Part shown: piece by piece, positions 32,070 to 43,341 of the stretch
Position numbering within the stretch: the first letter of the stretch is position 1
How the letters are laid out: each line of letters starts with the position of its first letter
From: Tortispora ganteri
Taxonomy: Eukaryota
Assembly: GCA_003707115.1 (NCBI GenBank)
Contig: PPNB01000005.1
Span: forward strand, 186,001-250,000
Reading direction: 5' to 3'
Length of the DNA: 64,000 bases
Notes under the pieces: model-generated
The model's database searches: none
What the model was told of the DNA's origin: nothing
What the model saw: only the letters and a program-made list of their open reading frames with translations
Position numbers and translations under genes: made by a program

Positions 32070-34349
32070 TCAGAGCTTCGTTCTCCTCGTCCTTAGTTCA
32101 CGCAATTCACGTGCAAATCCTAGAGCCATTCCTCCAGAAAGGCTCAGGACCTGCGATGTTATGTCGGGAATCTCTCGTCGGCTCTTGCCTTCTCGTCTAC
32201 CTTTAGAAATTTGGCCTACATAGTCCCACAACTTGCCTTCACATTTGATTGCATTATGTGTGTTCCGGACAGGCAGCCAATCGGGCAACAAAGCAATAAG
32301 TTTTCTGGCCTTAGTTTCCTTAGTCGGTCCAGCAAGAGCTGCAGTGGTGTGGCTGGACCGCGGTATGCGTACATAGGACGTTCGTGTGAGTAGAATTCCT
32401 TCACTTATAAACTTCTCATAAGAAGATTTTAACAGTTCTTTATTGACGGACTCATAAGATTGAATCTCGCCCTGCTGGTAGATAGTTTTACCGAAAGACT
32501 GGCTCACTTTCTCAAACTCTTCACGGTCGATCCACAGAGTCTCGTTAGGTTTCCTCATCGCTTCTTCTTCAATTGTCGGTGTTAACGCAAACAACGACAC
32601 TGCTGCAAGCCAGATTCCATCAACAAATGGCCATATTAGGAAACAGTAAAAATCAAAGTTTTCACGACGTAATGAGATTTCTTCTTCTTCAGACAATTGA
32701 ATGACATTGTCATCGACCTTCAGAATATTCTGTGCCTGCATTTTCATAAGCGTTCCTTTCACATTGGCCTCAATGCCGTCGTTCGGGTAAATGAACTCGG
32801 ACGAAAACAGCTTAGAGAAGAAAGCCACCTCCTGCATAAGTTCGTCGTATGTGATCGAGCTGATCCGTTTAACAGAGGTGTATATACCGATACATACAAT
32901 TGCTTCGGATATAAACAGGTGTATAACCATATTTCGGTAAAAGCTCAGCTGGAATGGGTCTGCTGCGTAGAAAGTTGTTTCCAGCAGCCCTTTCCGTTCA
33001 GTGCCGACCATGCTTCCAAGCACTTCAACGCCAGACGAGAGGAGTTGTTGTGGAGATGTGTGGTCGGCTACTTTACCGGCACTATTATTAATCCGTTGTA
33101 CAAGCAAAGTGACTTGTCGGATAAGTTCACGATACCCAATACCGCGACCGCGCATAGTAAGCAACACTGTTGCCACAATCGACGAAGGCATAACCATAGA
33201 CGCTGCATTGATATCACCTAGCACTTTGTAGCCAGTAGATCGGATTAGCCAGTTGCGGGTTGCAGTGTCTAGAGTGGACAGCTCACTAAGGGAGTGCTCC
33301 GGCCGCGAGTGCAACTTTGTGGTGAGATAATCTCTAAGGGACCAGGCGTCGTGGAACCGTACATCGACACGTCCAAGTTTTAGCGACATGACATCAAAGT
33401 TTTTCAGTGTATCCACTAACGATTCTTTCTTTTTTTCTTTTCCGAGTAGTTCACTGATGTAAGATTCTGTTTCTATTACCTTGTCATACTGGCAAGAGAC
33501 AGGGATGATGTAGCAATCGTTGACTCTACCAGAGAAGATAGAGTCGAGAACAAAAGTGAGAATGCCATATTTGGGTGTCAATACTTTGCCTGTACGTGAG
33601 CGTCCGCCTTCAATAAAACAATCGAAGTTCATTCCACGGGTCAATATTGTGTCAATGTATGCCTGGACAGATGTGGCATAGAGTTCATCGTTATTGAAGC
33701 TACGGCGGATCCACATAGCACCGATATTGTTGAGTAGTTTTCCTACTACGGCGAAGTTTAGATTGTCGCCTGCAACAGTAACGGGCATTGATATGCCGAA
33801 ACGGTAGCAGATGATGTAGAGAGCGATGTAGTCGACATGAGACTTGTGGCTGGGGAGAAAAACGAGGGAGATGCCCTTCTGACGGGCGAGTTTAGCTGTT
33901 TCTAACAGCCTGGCTATTTGGAACTTGTCGACATGGACACCTTGGTGGTAAGCACGTGCAATGAATTCCAGCAGTGTAAACCCGAGCGTTCGTAGTGTGA
34001 CGGTCGATTCCATGCGGCAGACCATTGTATCGATCTGTTCTTCGGCTAGATCTTGTAGCCACAGTATGAGCTGGCGTTTGCGCGCTTCTCTCGCAGATCC
34101 ACGAAGCCAAGTCTCCCGTTTTAGCTGATTCTCAGCAAGAGCAGCAACTTTAGCAGCAATCAAGGGCGAAGTCGAGACCTGGTCTTTGATTTCTTCGGTC
34201 AATCCGCTATAGAAGATGCGGGCTCCAATATAGTCGTTGAACCCGCGCCACCCAGCACCCGAGACAAATTTCGACATATCATTGAAAAATGCCACAGGGC
34301 TATGCATATTCTGTTGCAATTCAGCAATTGCATTGATGGTAGACACCAT
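32070..34349 (-). CDS. GPAT/DHAPAT-family glycerolipid acyltransferase
   Basis: FLPSHKSHVDY (HX4D), AGDNL, GAMWIRRSF, FIEGGRSRTGK; first ATG at 34349; ends RRTKL. Confidence 0.9.
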   Translation of the reverse strand: MVSTINAIAELQQNMHSPVAFFNDMSKFVSGAGWRGFNDYIGARIFYSGLTEEIKDQVSTSPLIAAKVAALAENQLKRETWLRGSAREARKRQLILWLQDLAEEQIDTMVCRMESTVTLRTLGFTLLEFIARAYHQGVHVDKFQIARLLETAKLARQKGISLVFLPSHKSHVDYIALYIICYRFGISMPVTVAGDNLNFAVVGKLLNNIGAMWIRRSFNNDELYATSVQAYIDTILTRGMNFDCFIEGGRSRTGKVLTPKYGILTFVLDSIFSGRVNDCYIIPVSCQYDKVIETESYISELLGKEKKKESLVDTLKNFDVMSLKLGRVDVRFHDAWSLRDYLTTKLHSRPEHSLSELSTLDTATRNWLIRSTGYKVLGDINAASMVMPSSIVATVLLTMRGRGIGYRELIRQVTLLVQRINNSAGKVADHTSPQQLLSSGVEVLGSMVGTERKGLLETTFYAADPFQLSFYRNMVIHLFISEAIVCIGIYTSVKRISSITYDELMQEVAFFSKLFSSEFIYPNDGIEANVKGTLMKMQAQNILKVDDNVIQLSEEEEISLRRENFDFYCFLIWPFVDGIWLAAVSLFALTPTIEEEAMRKPNETLWIDREEFEKVSQSFGKTIYQQGEIQSYESVNKELLKSSYEKFISEGILLTRTSYVRIPRSSHTTAALAGPTKETKARKLIALLPDWLPVRNTHNAIKCEGKLWDYVGQISKGRREGKSRREIPDITSQVLSLSGGMALGFARELRELRTRRTKL

Positions 34350-35453
34350 TATTGGTGGGGTAAGAGAGGGCAAATGCAAGAAATATTCTTTAAGGATCTG
34401 ATAATTAGCGGTATGTGGGGAGCAACGGTGTTGTGTTGTCCGTTGCCAGGTAAGCCGGTCAGGCTCCGACTTATTAGCCGTTCTTTGTGATTTATCAACC
34501 AATAGCGGGTGATATCACTTAAAAGATATAAAGAATTATGTGCGACAATAAAAAAAAAATGTAAGAGTCTTGCAATAGAGAAAGATTTGTTTATTTTTCC
34601 ATGTTAAACGGGGTTAAGCGGGTTATACAGTGTTTTTAGTACCATTAGTGGTGTTGATCAGCCTCGGTCCCAATTGGGAAGGACACGCGATCCATCGAAA
34701 GTTAGATAATAATCAGGAAACCTCTCCGTTGATGATCCGTTAAACCTGGCTATGTGAATATCAATATGCATGGTTGTTATATCAACCTTACTCCCATTTT
34801 TTAATAAACTGCTTTTTATTTTAAAAAAGGTGACAGCTGGTTAAAGCAAGCTGTTGCTATTGTTGGATGCACTATCTAAAGCATCGACAATAGAACCTTA
34901 ATAGGAATAGAATTTTTGGAAGTGACTCCAAGCACCTCACATCGAACATCACAGGTTCTGACATACATATGCGCACAAAACGCCTCTACACTTTTTAGGC
35001 TATCTTATATTGAATTCAAACATGAACTTTTTTTTCACACGCATACTGTTCATCTAGGGCACACTCTTAGGTTTAATATATTAGTGCTACTTAGCATAAG
35101 AGGATACCTATAATAAAATAATGTTAACTCTATTCTACCGGTTTGAAATTCCCTTAACAGGTAACCGGAGTCTCTTATTGGCCAGTACCTTCAAAACTAA
35201 AGTTTTTTCCTAAAATACAGGAATCCTAGATAGAGAGCTTCTAACTTCTTGCATTCTCCTTCATCGGAACGCTTTTAGTGCTGCAAGTGCGCATTATCTA
35301 CTTTCAAAGGCCTTGACCTTTCTATTCATCGAATCTCAGCACTACTACGCTTATTCTACTGGTTACATCTACGATTCTACCCTGGTACTACGTTCCATAC
35401 GCGCATATTTTCCTCTTATCTCTGACAAAACCGCCTCGCTCGCCGCTTTCACC

Positions 35454-37127
35454 ATGGACCTAGAAAACAAAGCAGATGCTGATGGCTTTATCCCAATCCT
35501 CTCGCACTCTGACGAATCTAAGTTCGAAAAACGTCTTTATGATAATGAGGAACAAACTAGAATCATTACTGGCGAGGAAATCGTCACCTCTGAAGGTGTA
35601 AAGCGCGGCCTCAAAGTTCGTCATGTATCTATGATCGCCCTAGGTGGCACTATAGGCACAGGTCTATTTATCGGTACAGGAGAAGCACTCGCAAATGCTG
35701 GACCTGCTGGTATCTTTATTTCTTATATCTTTATGGCTACTATCGTCTTCTCTATCGCCCACTCGCTCGGCGAAATGGCTGCTTTTATACCGGTCTCAGG
35801 CTCTTTCGCTCAGTTCACTTCTCGCTTCTTGCACCCGTCTTTGGGTTTCGCAATGGGCTGGCTTTACTGGTTTTCTTGGGCAATGACTTTCGCAATAGAG
35901 GTCAATGTCGCAGGTCTCGTTATCCAGTATTGGACAGATGCTGTCCCGATGGCCGCATGGATCACTATCTTTCTCGTTTGTCTGTCTGCAATCAACTACT
36001 TCCCCGTCAAGTTTTACGGTGAGATCGAGTTCTGGATTGCATCTATCAAGGTCATCGCAATTGTTGGATGGCTCATCTACGCCCTTTGCATGGCCTGCGG
36101 TGCAGGCGACGACGGCGCAGTCGGCTTTAGGTACTGGAGAAATCCAGGCGCATTTGGCCCTGGTTATTATGCAAGCGACCCGGACCTCGCTAAATTCCTC
36201 GGATGGGTCACCTCCCTCATCAACGCAGCTTTCACCTACCAGGGTACAGAGCTTGTTGGTGTCACCGCAGGTGAGAGCGCAAACCCGCGTAAGGCCGTTC
36301 CTCGTGCTATCAACAAAGTCTTTTACCGTATTGCCATCTTCTATATCCTTTCGATCCTTTTCATGGGTATGCTTGTACCATATAACAGTCCTTATCTCAT
36401 GGGCAACGAAGAAGAAGACAGCAGTTACGTATCAACTTCGCCATTTATTATCGCAATGCAGTACGCCGGTACGCCTGTCCTTCCCGATATCTTCAATGCT
36501 GTTATTTTAACCACCATCATCTCGGCAGGCAACTCCAACGTGTATATTGGTGCTCGTATTCTGATGGCTTTAACGATAAGTGGAAATGCCCCTAAGTTCT
36601 TCGGATACACTAACAAATTTGGTGTCCCCTATGTCGGTGTTACCTTCACTGCTCTTTTTGGTGCACTCTCCTACATGAATTTATCTGCAGGAGCCACATC
36701 TGTTTTCAACTGGTTTGTGAATATCACTACTGTTGCTGGACTAATCACTTGGGCTCTAATATCTTTTAGTCACATCCGTTTTATACAGGCTCTGGATGCG
36801 CAAGGTTTTAGACGGGATGACCTTCCTTTTAAGGCTCTCTTTATGCCATGGTACGCTTGGTACGCTGGAATATGCATCACTATCATAGTATTTGTTCAAG
36901 GATTCACAGCGTTCCTTCCTTGGAAACCTGTCGACTTTGTCATCAACTACTTGTCTCTTTTTATCTTTATCGCCTTGGTCGCTATTCATCTGCTCATCTT
37001 CCGCCAGCCTTTCCTGCATCCGGTAGAAATGGATCTCGACACTGGTCGTCGCGAAGTTGACGCATTGGTATGGGATGATCCTCCACCTAAGAATCTCTGG
37101 GAGAAGTTCTGGTACTATGCCGCTTAG
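35454..37127 (+). CDS. Yeast amino acid permease (YAT family, Can1/Lyp1-like)
   Basis: KRGLKVRHVSMIALGGTIGTGLFIG, FYGEIEFW, GFRYWRNPG, QGTELVG, GESANPRK, WEKFW. Confidence 0.93.
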   Translation: MDLENKADADGFIPILSHSDESKFEKRLYDNEEQTRIITGEEIVTSEGVKRGLKVRHVSMIALGGTIGTGLFIGTGEALANAGPAGIFISYIFMATIVFSIAHSLGEMAAFIPVSGSFAQFTSRFLHPSLGFAMGWLYWFSWAMTFAIEVNVAGLVIQYWTDAVPMAAWITIFLVCLSAINYFPVKFYGEIEFWIASIKVIAIVGWLIYALCMACGAGDDGAVGFRYWRNPGAFGPGYYASDPDLAKFLGWVTSLINAAFTYQGTELVGVTAGESANPRKAVPRAINKVFYRIAIFYILSILFMGMLVPYNSPYLMGNEEEDSSYVSTSPFIIAMQYAGTPVLPDIFNAVILTTIISAGNSNVYIGARILMALTISGNAPKFFGYTNKFGVPYVGVTFTALFGALSYMNLSAGATSVFNWFVNITTVAGLITWALISFSHIRFIQALDAQGFRRDDLPFKALFMPWYAWYAGICITIIVFVQGFTAFLPWKPVDFVINYLSLFIFIALVAIHLLIFRQPFLHPVEMDLDTGRREVDALVWDDPPPKNLWEKFWYYAA

Positions 37128-37273
37128 CTGATGGTTTACGGAAATTTTATAACATTACTTTGAAGCCGATATTGTAGTGATTGTCACACAATTTCTTTAT
37201 AATTAGATAATTTAACCTTAATAAACTGTAAGCATCTTAGATACTTCTTTTCGCGCTCCTACGCAGTTACTAA

Positions 37274-37345
37274 GGTTGTATAGTGTAGTGGTTATCACTC
37301 CGGATTTTGATTCCGGCAACCCCGGTTCGAACCCGGGTACGACCT
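37274..37345 (+). tRNA. tRNA-Gln (anticodon UUG), no intron
   Basis: GGTTGTA/TACGACC acceptor stem, CCGGA-TTTTGAT-TCCGG anticodon arm, GGTTCGAACC T-loop, T-run terminator at about 37352. Confidence 0.97.
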
Positions 37346-37568
37346 CACTAATTTTTTTATTTTTATAATTATTTTATTGCTTCAAAGTATGTATTTGAAG
37401 TATATTAAGACTTTCTCTGTTTTACTTTTTCGTCTGTGCCTCTAATTGTTATTAAATGTTGCGTGCGGCATCTTCTTACCCTGATCTCCAGTCGCCAACC
37501 ACACCGTCATCGGCAACCTATACTTCGTCTTATACACTGCTTTATTAAGTTCAACCTCAACGACTATA

Positions 37569-38648
37569 ATGCGTTTGACTGGTCTTATGCTGATAGGAGT
37601 TGCGGGAAAGTCGCTGTTAAAGGAGGATGAGCTGCTCAGGACAATGGAGTTGCCTGTGCTAGACATGGATGGAGACCTGCTTGATCCTGTGCTTGTTCCG
37701 CGAACACCTGGCAGCGCTGGATCCAAAGCGGTTAGAGATCACATAAAAGGAGTATTTAGTAGCTTGGATTCTTGGAACATTGAAGAAGATGTATTCACGA
37801 CTTCTACCCCTGTTGGGGTTGTGGAGTTTCATAACCTGATATTCAGCAAGGACCCACCATGGGTAGTAAACCCGTCAAGGATCACTTTAGTAGCTCATTA
37901 CGACTCTAAAAGGAGTCCTGAAGGATTTATTGGTGCTATTGATAGCGCAGTTCCAGTGGCAATACTACTAAATGTTGTGCGCAACTTGGACGCTGCAATG
38001 AATCGCAAATGGGAAGACTTAATTTCTAATGTGCAGAAAAATGACGATAGAGAGAAGGCTCTAGAGCTAATAAGACATGGTGCATACAGAGTAGTACGCA
38101 ATTCTGACGATTTAGGTATTCAAATCATCTTCCTAGATGGTGAAGAGGCTATGCTTGACTGGACCAATACAGATTCCATATATGGCGCAAAACATCTAGC
38201 CAACAAGTGGTATTCTGAGCAGGTACGTCCACATTCTGTTATTTCAGGGAACAAATTAAGCACTATTGACTTGTTTGTGTTACTTGATCTTATTGGCGCT
38301 GCGGACACAACTATAGGTAACTATTACCAACGATCAAACTGGGCTTACAATCGTCTAGCGGTGATTGAACAGCGACTAAGAAATAAGAATAAATTGATGA
38401 CCAACAATGTTATATTCGGTGACACTGTTGGATCAAAGACCTATTTGGCTGGACTGATAGGCGATGATCACCTCCCGTTCGTGGCAAAGGGAGTTGACGT
38501 ACTGCATCTGATCCCTCACCGATTCCCCAAACAATGGCATACTTTGAAGGACGACAAGAAACATTTGGATCCTGATTCAGTACACGATTGGTCAATGATT
38601 TTTAATGTTTTCACGGCCGAATACATGGGTCTAGGTCCTTACATATGA
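37569..38648 (+). CDS. Glutaminyl-peptide cyclotransferase (M28 family)
   Basis: PRTPGS, AHYDSK, GAIDSAVP, FLDGEEA, DSIYGAKHLA, LLDLIG, DDHLPF, WHT. Confidence 0.92.
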   Translation: MRLTGLMLIGVAGKSLLKEDELLRTMELPVLDMDGDLLDPVLVPRTPGSAGSKAVRDHIKGVFSSLDSWNIEEDVFTTSTPVGVVEFHNLIFSKDPPWVVNPSRITLVAHYDSKRSPEGFIGAIDSAVPVAILLNVVRNLDAAMNRKWEDLISNVQKNDDREKALELIRHGAYRVVRNSDDLGIQIIFLDGEEAMLDWTNTDSIYGAKHLANKWYSEQVRPHSVISGNKLSTIDLFVLLDLIGAADTTIGNYYQRSNWAYNRLAVIEQRLRNKNKLMTNNVIFGDTVGSKTYLAGLIGDDHLPFVAKGVDVLHLIPHRFPKQWHTLKDDKKHLDPDSVHDWSMIFNVFTAEYMGLGPYI

Positions 38649-39142
38649 TGATCGGTCTATTTCTACAAATTTGAACCACCGCACACCACACACTTTGCAT
38701 ATTCAATTTACTCAACATCATATATTGCTCAATGCAGCTACTTACATATAGTAGTGCTTGCTAAATAATTCGAACAGACACATATCACTTGGCCGATCTG
38801 TTTCTGGCGTAGAATAGCCTTATTTTAAGGTTTCTTCTCTACCAATAACACGGCTTTATTCTGGAGATTCCTTAACAACGGATACTTCCACTATTTTTAC
38901 GCTTTATGAAAAGTAAACAAACCTTCCCTTTTACATAGGATCAGCGTATTTTCTTCTGCATTTGTCTCGCAAATATCCAGCTAGTAATCCCGATTGATCT
39001 CTGATATTTCTATTTAGAAAAATTCACCGGTGAAGAATTTGTACGAACAAGTGACCTTGTGTTCTTTGTATTACTAGATCTGGTTCACCCAACTGAACGA
39101 GATAATCCCCAAAACCAAATTATTCATATATCTCATTTATCC

Positions 39143-40132
39143 ATGGAAACAGTTAGAGATGTTATTCAAACCGTTGAGGCATACTTTCCTGAAGTGGTGC
39201 GTGAAACTGGTCAAACACTGTTAGGCTCCTGCTACGAAGATATCTTCGTCAGGGCCAACATGAGCTCATTGTGCCTGAAGCTCGCTCTATCTAAGTTCTT
39301 AGGAATTGGCATCGTGGCCATTTCGAGCATCGTGAAAGTCCCTCAATTGCTTAAAATCGTCAAAGCGAAGTCTGCTGAAGGTGTTAGCTTAGAGTCTTTC
39401 GTTCTTGAAGCAATTGCCTACTCCATTGCTCTTGCGTATAACATACGCATGCTGAATCCGTTTTCGACGTACGGTGAAACCGCTTTGATGCTGATCCAAG
39501 ACATTGCTATCATTGGCGCTATTGTATTCTATAGTGGCGAACTTAAGAGAGGCGGCATACTTGCTGGCGTGTTCGTTGGTCTTCTTGGCGTTCTGTACTC
39601 AGTATCAAACTCTCAACTTCGCGTTATGCAGATGGCGACCATTCCTTTAAGCCTGACTAGCAAGGTTCCTCAGATGTATACTAACTATGTCAACAAATCT
39701 ACCGGTCAGTTAGCTGCCTTCGGAGTTTTTAATGCGGTAATTGGAGCCCTAGTGAGAGTGTTCACTACCTATCAGGAAGTGAATGATCCTATAATACTGA
39801 GTGGATACATTCTTTCCGCTGTGTTCAACGGTGTGCTAGCACTCCAAATGGTAACATACTGGAATAATACCAGCAGCGCTACTACTCCTAAGGAAAAGGT
39901 CAGCAAATCGACCAGAGCCACACGCTCGTCGACTACTGCTTCTAGTCCGAAAAAAGCGACCTCCAGTAAGAAAACTCCTACTAAGAAAACGCCCACAAAG
40001 GCTGCTTCTGAGTCGCCTTCTAAGAAGAGTAGTAGATCCAAATCGCCTTCTAAGAAGAAAACAGAAGCAGTGCCAGCCGAAGCACCGGTAAGAACTTCGC
40101 CGCGCAAACCACGGAAAAGAGTGTTGGACTAA
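39143..40132 (+). CDS. Mannose-P-dolichol utilization defect 1 (MPDU1, PQ-loop) with long basic C-terminal tail
   Basis: LSKFLGIGIV, VKVPQLLKI, PFSTYGE, SKVPQ, STGQL, RVFTT; start at ATG 39143. Confidence 0.9.
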   Translation: METVRDVIQTVEAYFPEVVRETGQTLLGSCYEDIFVRANMSSLCLKLALSKFLGIGIVAISSIVKVPQLLKIVKAKSAEGVSLESFVLEAIAYSIALAYNIRMLNPFSTYGETALMLIQDIAIIGAIVFYSGELKRGGILAGVFVGLLGVLYSVSNSQLRVMQMATIPLSLTSKVPQMYTNYVNKSTGQLAAFGVFNAVIGALVRVFTTYQEVNDPIILSGYILSAVFNGVLALQMVTYWNNTSSATTPKEKVSKSTRATRSSTTASSPKKATSSKKTPTKKTPTKAASESPSKKSSRSKSPSKKKTEAVPAEAPVRTSPRKPRKRVLD

Positions 40133-40332
40133 TTGCAAACGAGTTTCGGCAAAACTTTTCGTCTTTTTTTTTTGCCTTAGTTAGTTTATCTGCATTTCCT
40201 CAATTGCAGACTTGATATGTCTCCTGGCCACATGCACACACTGAGTCTACCACCTCGTTCACTGTATTTGTTGTTATGTTGTATTTTTATCTCTAGACCA
40301 TATATATTTATAGGTATGTTTGCATTGGTTTT

Positions 40333-40941
40333 TTATGGTCTTTGTTCATTAAACGAGTTTCTTCGGCGGACACTCGATCTCCGCCGCGGGGCTTCAGGGA
40401 CAGACGGTATAGTGCCCTGGCTCATGAACTTGATCGCTTGTTCAGCAACCATTGAGATAGCCATAGATGAATCATCAATATCGATAATTGCTGATTCATT
40501 ATCTAAATCACCGTTATCGATAAGGTTGTCTGTGCTATTTGATATTTCTGTGAGTTTATTTGCTGCCCAAGACCAAATCTGGTCGTGGTCGGCGGGCGAG
40601 CGTTTCTTACAAGCCTCGACTGCTTTCTCTTGCCAGTTCTCAACTTCTGGCAGAACCTTTTTCCGCAAAATAGTAGTCAAAAGTTTAGATTCTGTTGCCA
40701 ACGGGAAACTCGGCAGTGGGAAGGCGACAGCTTGTGCGAGAGATTCGCTATGAAGTGCCAATGTTGACGCCAACGATGTTACTTGAGTAAGAATGAGCTG
40801 GAACTGTGAATGCATAGCCTGAGTGGCACCACGCTGAGTGATCGCCATTTCTAGTAAAGTCAAAGAATGTACAAGTTGTGATAACCGCAATCGTAACGCC
40901 TCAACAGACTCAACAGGCAGTGACGCATGGTCAAATTCCAT
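40333..40941 (-). CDS. MED8: Mediator subunit 8
   Basis: VEALRLRLSQLVHSL, SQFQLILTQ, AFPLPSFP, LLTTILRKKVLPEVENW. Confidence 0.85.
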   Translation of the reverse strand: MEFDHASLPVESVEALRLRLSQLVHSLTLLEMAITQRGATQAMHSQFQLILTQVTSLASTLALHSESLAQAVAFPLPSFPLATESKLLTTILRKKVLPEVENWQEKAVEACKKRSPADHDQIWSWAANKLTEISNSTDNLIDNGDLDNESAIIDIDDSSMAISMVAEQAIKFMSQGTIPSVPEAPRRRSSVRRRNSFNEQRP

Positions 40942-41204
40942 GGTGGTGTATTGTTGTCTAAGTCTGAGTTGACAGCCGGTGAAGCAGAGACAATCGATCA
41001 AAATCTATGAGGATCTAAGACCAACTTATGATGGTCTAAGACAATCTATGACAATTCTTAAAATAATTTAGAGAAATAACTATCATACTTGTAGATTATG
41101 GCGACCATTGTGGAACAAGTTGAGTATATATATGTTGTCATTAATCACGTGACATATTACTAGTGAACCTTCTGGATGGGTATTCGATTCTAGAACAATA
41201 CATA

Positions 41205-41717
41205 ATGGTATTAATGGACGACGCCACACAGGCCGAGCTGCCATACAGCTGGAGCCAGACGTTGGATGAAGTTTCTATTACTATTGAAATTCCAAAAGGA
41301 CTACGTGCACGTGATCTTGATGTGCAGCTTAACAGGAAGAGCATCAAGGCCGGTGTAAAGGGCCAAAATCCGCTGATCGAGGGAACTCTGTTTGCAGATA
41401 CTATTATGGACGACAACACATGGACGCTTGATGGTAGCGAACTACAGATTACGTTAGACAAAGTGAATAAACAGGAGTGGTGGCCGCATGTAGTTACTAG
41501 TGCGCCGAAAGTTGACGTTACGAAGATTGAACCGGAGAACAGCAAACTGAGTGATTTGGACGGTGAAACTCGTGCAATGGTGGAGAAAATGATGTATGAC
41601 CAACGACAAAAGGAGATGGGATTGCCTACGAGTGAAGAAAAAGAGAGACAAAAGATGTTTGCACAGTTCAAAAGTCAGCACCCTGAAATGGATTTCAGTA
41701 ATGTCGAATTCAAATAG
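41205..41717 (+). CDS. nudC: Nuclear movement protein NudC (CS domain)
   Basis: YSWSQTL, LDKVNKQEWWPHV, PENSKLSDLDGETRAMVEKMMYDQRQK, HPEMDFS; start at 41205 or 41214. Confidence 0.95.
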   Translation: MVLMDDATQAELPYSWSQTLDEVSITIEIPKGLRARDLDVQLNRKSIKAGVKGQNPLIEGTLFADTIMDDNTWTLDGSELQITLDKVNKQEWWPHVVTSAPKVDVTKIEPENSKLSDLDGETRAMVEKMMYDQRQKEMGLPTSEEKERQKMFAQFKSQHPEMDFSNVEFK

Positions 41718-41748
41718 TTATCCTTGTCGCTTTTAAACTGTAGTGTAA

Positions 41749-43341
41749 TTATTGACGGGGGAATATCGGTACAGTACCCAGGTTCTCTAGTCCGCCAAAA
41801 GTTGGCTGTTGACTTTGTACCATTGACTGTCTGAATGGATTGGCACCAGTAGGTTGTTGCTGCAGTTCAGGCTGTGACTGCGGCATCGTCGTAGCTCGCG
41901 TAAAGGGGTTTGTGCCCGTAGGCTGAGACTGTATTGCCATTGTTGAATTTTGTGTTAGCGGAGAAACAACGCCTGTTGAGTTGGGCACAAACATGCTTTG
42001 CGTTCGCTGGAGGGTGAATGGGTTGTGTTCGGCCTGCGTCGGTTGGCCAAAGACCACGGCGCCTGTGCTCTGTTGTCTAAAAGGATTCGCTCCTGTAGGC
42101 TGAGGGACAAATTGTGAAACAGGTTGTTGCTGCTGCTGTAGTTGCTGCTGCTGACCGTATGCAAAAGGGTTAGAGAACTGCGTGTTTATGCCAGTGACAG
42201 TGTTGTTTAATTGAGAGTTCATTCCTGTCGCTTCAGGAACCATTATTGGTTGCTGATTGGCGTATTGGCTAACATACTGCTGTTGGAACGCAAAATCTGG
42301 GGCACCAGTAGCCTGAACCGGAATACCCGTTTGGTAAGCATAGAGAGGTTGGGCCGGGGTGTCGATCGAGTCAAAAAAATCAATAAGATCAGCCTGTGCC
42401 TGTGTCTGCGTATTTGATGCCGACTTTTTCTCATACGCCTGCTTGATTGCTTGTGGAACATGGTTAGACTTCTTAATAGCCGAGCCACGTTGGCGGGCTT
42501 CCTTTTCTGCAAGGTACTGTCTGTGATTTGTATCGAAGTTAGGATCATTTAAGAAATCTTCAAGAGCATCGACGAGCGATGTAGGTGCATGCGTGAGTTT
42601 TGGCACGGAAACGTGTGTTATGTTCTGGAACCGGCGGCCCATCTGGAGGTACTGTACAACTGCGTCTGTGACTTTTACAAATGACTTGTAGATGGATAGT
42701 GCTCTTTCTGCATCATATCGAGACATTTCAAAGTAATGTTCGAGAACACCGATAACACCCTCGTTGAGGGTTTCATAGAGCGAGAGGAGATCACTTATAA
42801 GTAATCGGAATGCCATAATAGCGATATCGTTTGTTAGTTCTTCTGGGAGACACTTTACTCTTGTTAGAGACTTCACCTGTGCGAGGACGCACTCTGTTTC
42901 GCGCATAAGGCCAGATTCAACTTTTAGTGTTTTCAGTCTGTGTTTTGTGCTAGTCTGTGACCGTCCACGGATATAATCAAGATGCACCTGACCGTATTGT
43001 TTTGCGCGGTCCTGGAGGTACTGTCCATAGCGAGAGAGCAGGTCGCCATACTGGCAGGTGATTGGGATGTTTCTAAAATTGACAACTTTTGGATTCTTGC
43101 TAATAAAAGCAAGAAGAGCTTCAGGGGCGCCGTTGCGGTAAAGATAGTGGATCACGACGAGTGCCTTGAAAGAGACAGTCCATGCGGAATCGGCTATGCG
43201 GAGGTTCAGGGTCCGACACATGGCGGCCATTGTTGTTGATTGGGATTCATAGGTAGCTTCGATAAGTACTGCGAGGTATTTCTCCTTTGGAGCAGCGAGT
43301 TTAATCTTTGTAGCGCCTTTGACGGCTTTGTCTATATTCAT
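41749..43341 (-). CDS. ANTH-domain clathrin adaptor (AP180/Yap1801-like)
   Basis: VKGATKIKLAAPKEKY, NEGVIGVLEHYFEMS, LTHAPTSL; multiple NPF and QPTG motifs. Confidence 0.93.
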   Translation of the reverse strand: MNIDKAVKGATKIKLAAPKEKYLAVLIEATYESQSTTMAAMCRTLNLRIADSAWTVSFKALVVIHYLYRNGAPEALLAFISKNPKVVNFRNIPITCQYGDLLSRYGQYLQDRAKQYGQVHLDYIRGRSQTSTKHRLKTLKVESGLMRETECVLAQVKSLTRVKCLPEELTNDIAIMAFRLLISDLLSLYETLNEGVIGVLEHYFEMSRYDAERALSIYKSFVKVTDAVVQYLQMGRRFQNITHVSVPKLTHAPTSLVDALEDFLNDPNFDTNHRQYLAEKEARQRGSAIKKSNHVPQAIKQAYEKKSASNTQTQAQADLIDFFDSIDTPAQPLYAYQTGIPVQATGAPDFAFQQQYVSQYANQQPIMVPEATGMNSQLNNTVTGINTQFSNPFAYGQQQQLQQQQQPVSQFVPQPTGANPFRQQSTGAVVFGQPTQAEHNPFTLQRTQSMFVPNSTGVVSPLTQNSTMAIQSQPTGTNPFTRATTMPQSQPELQQQPTGANPFRQSMVQSQQPTFGGLENLGTVPIFPRQ

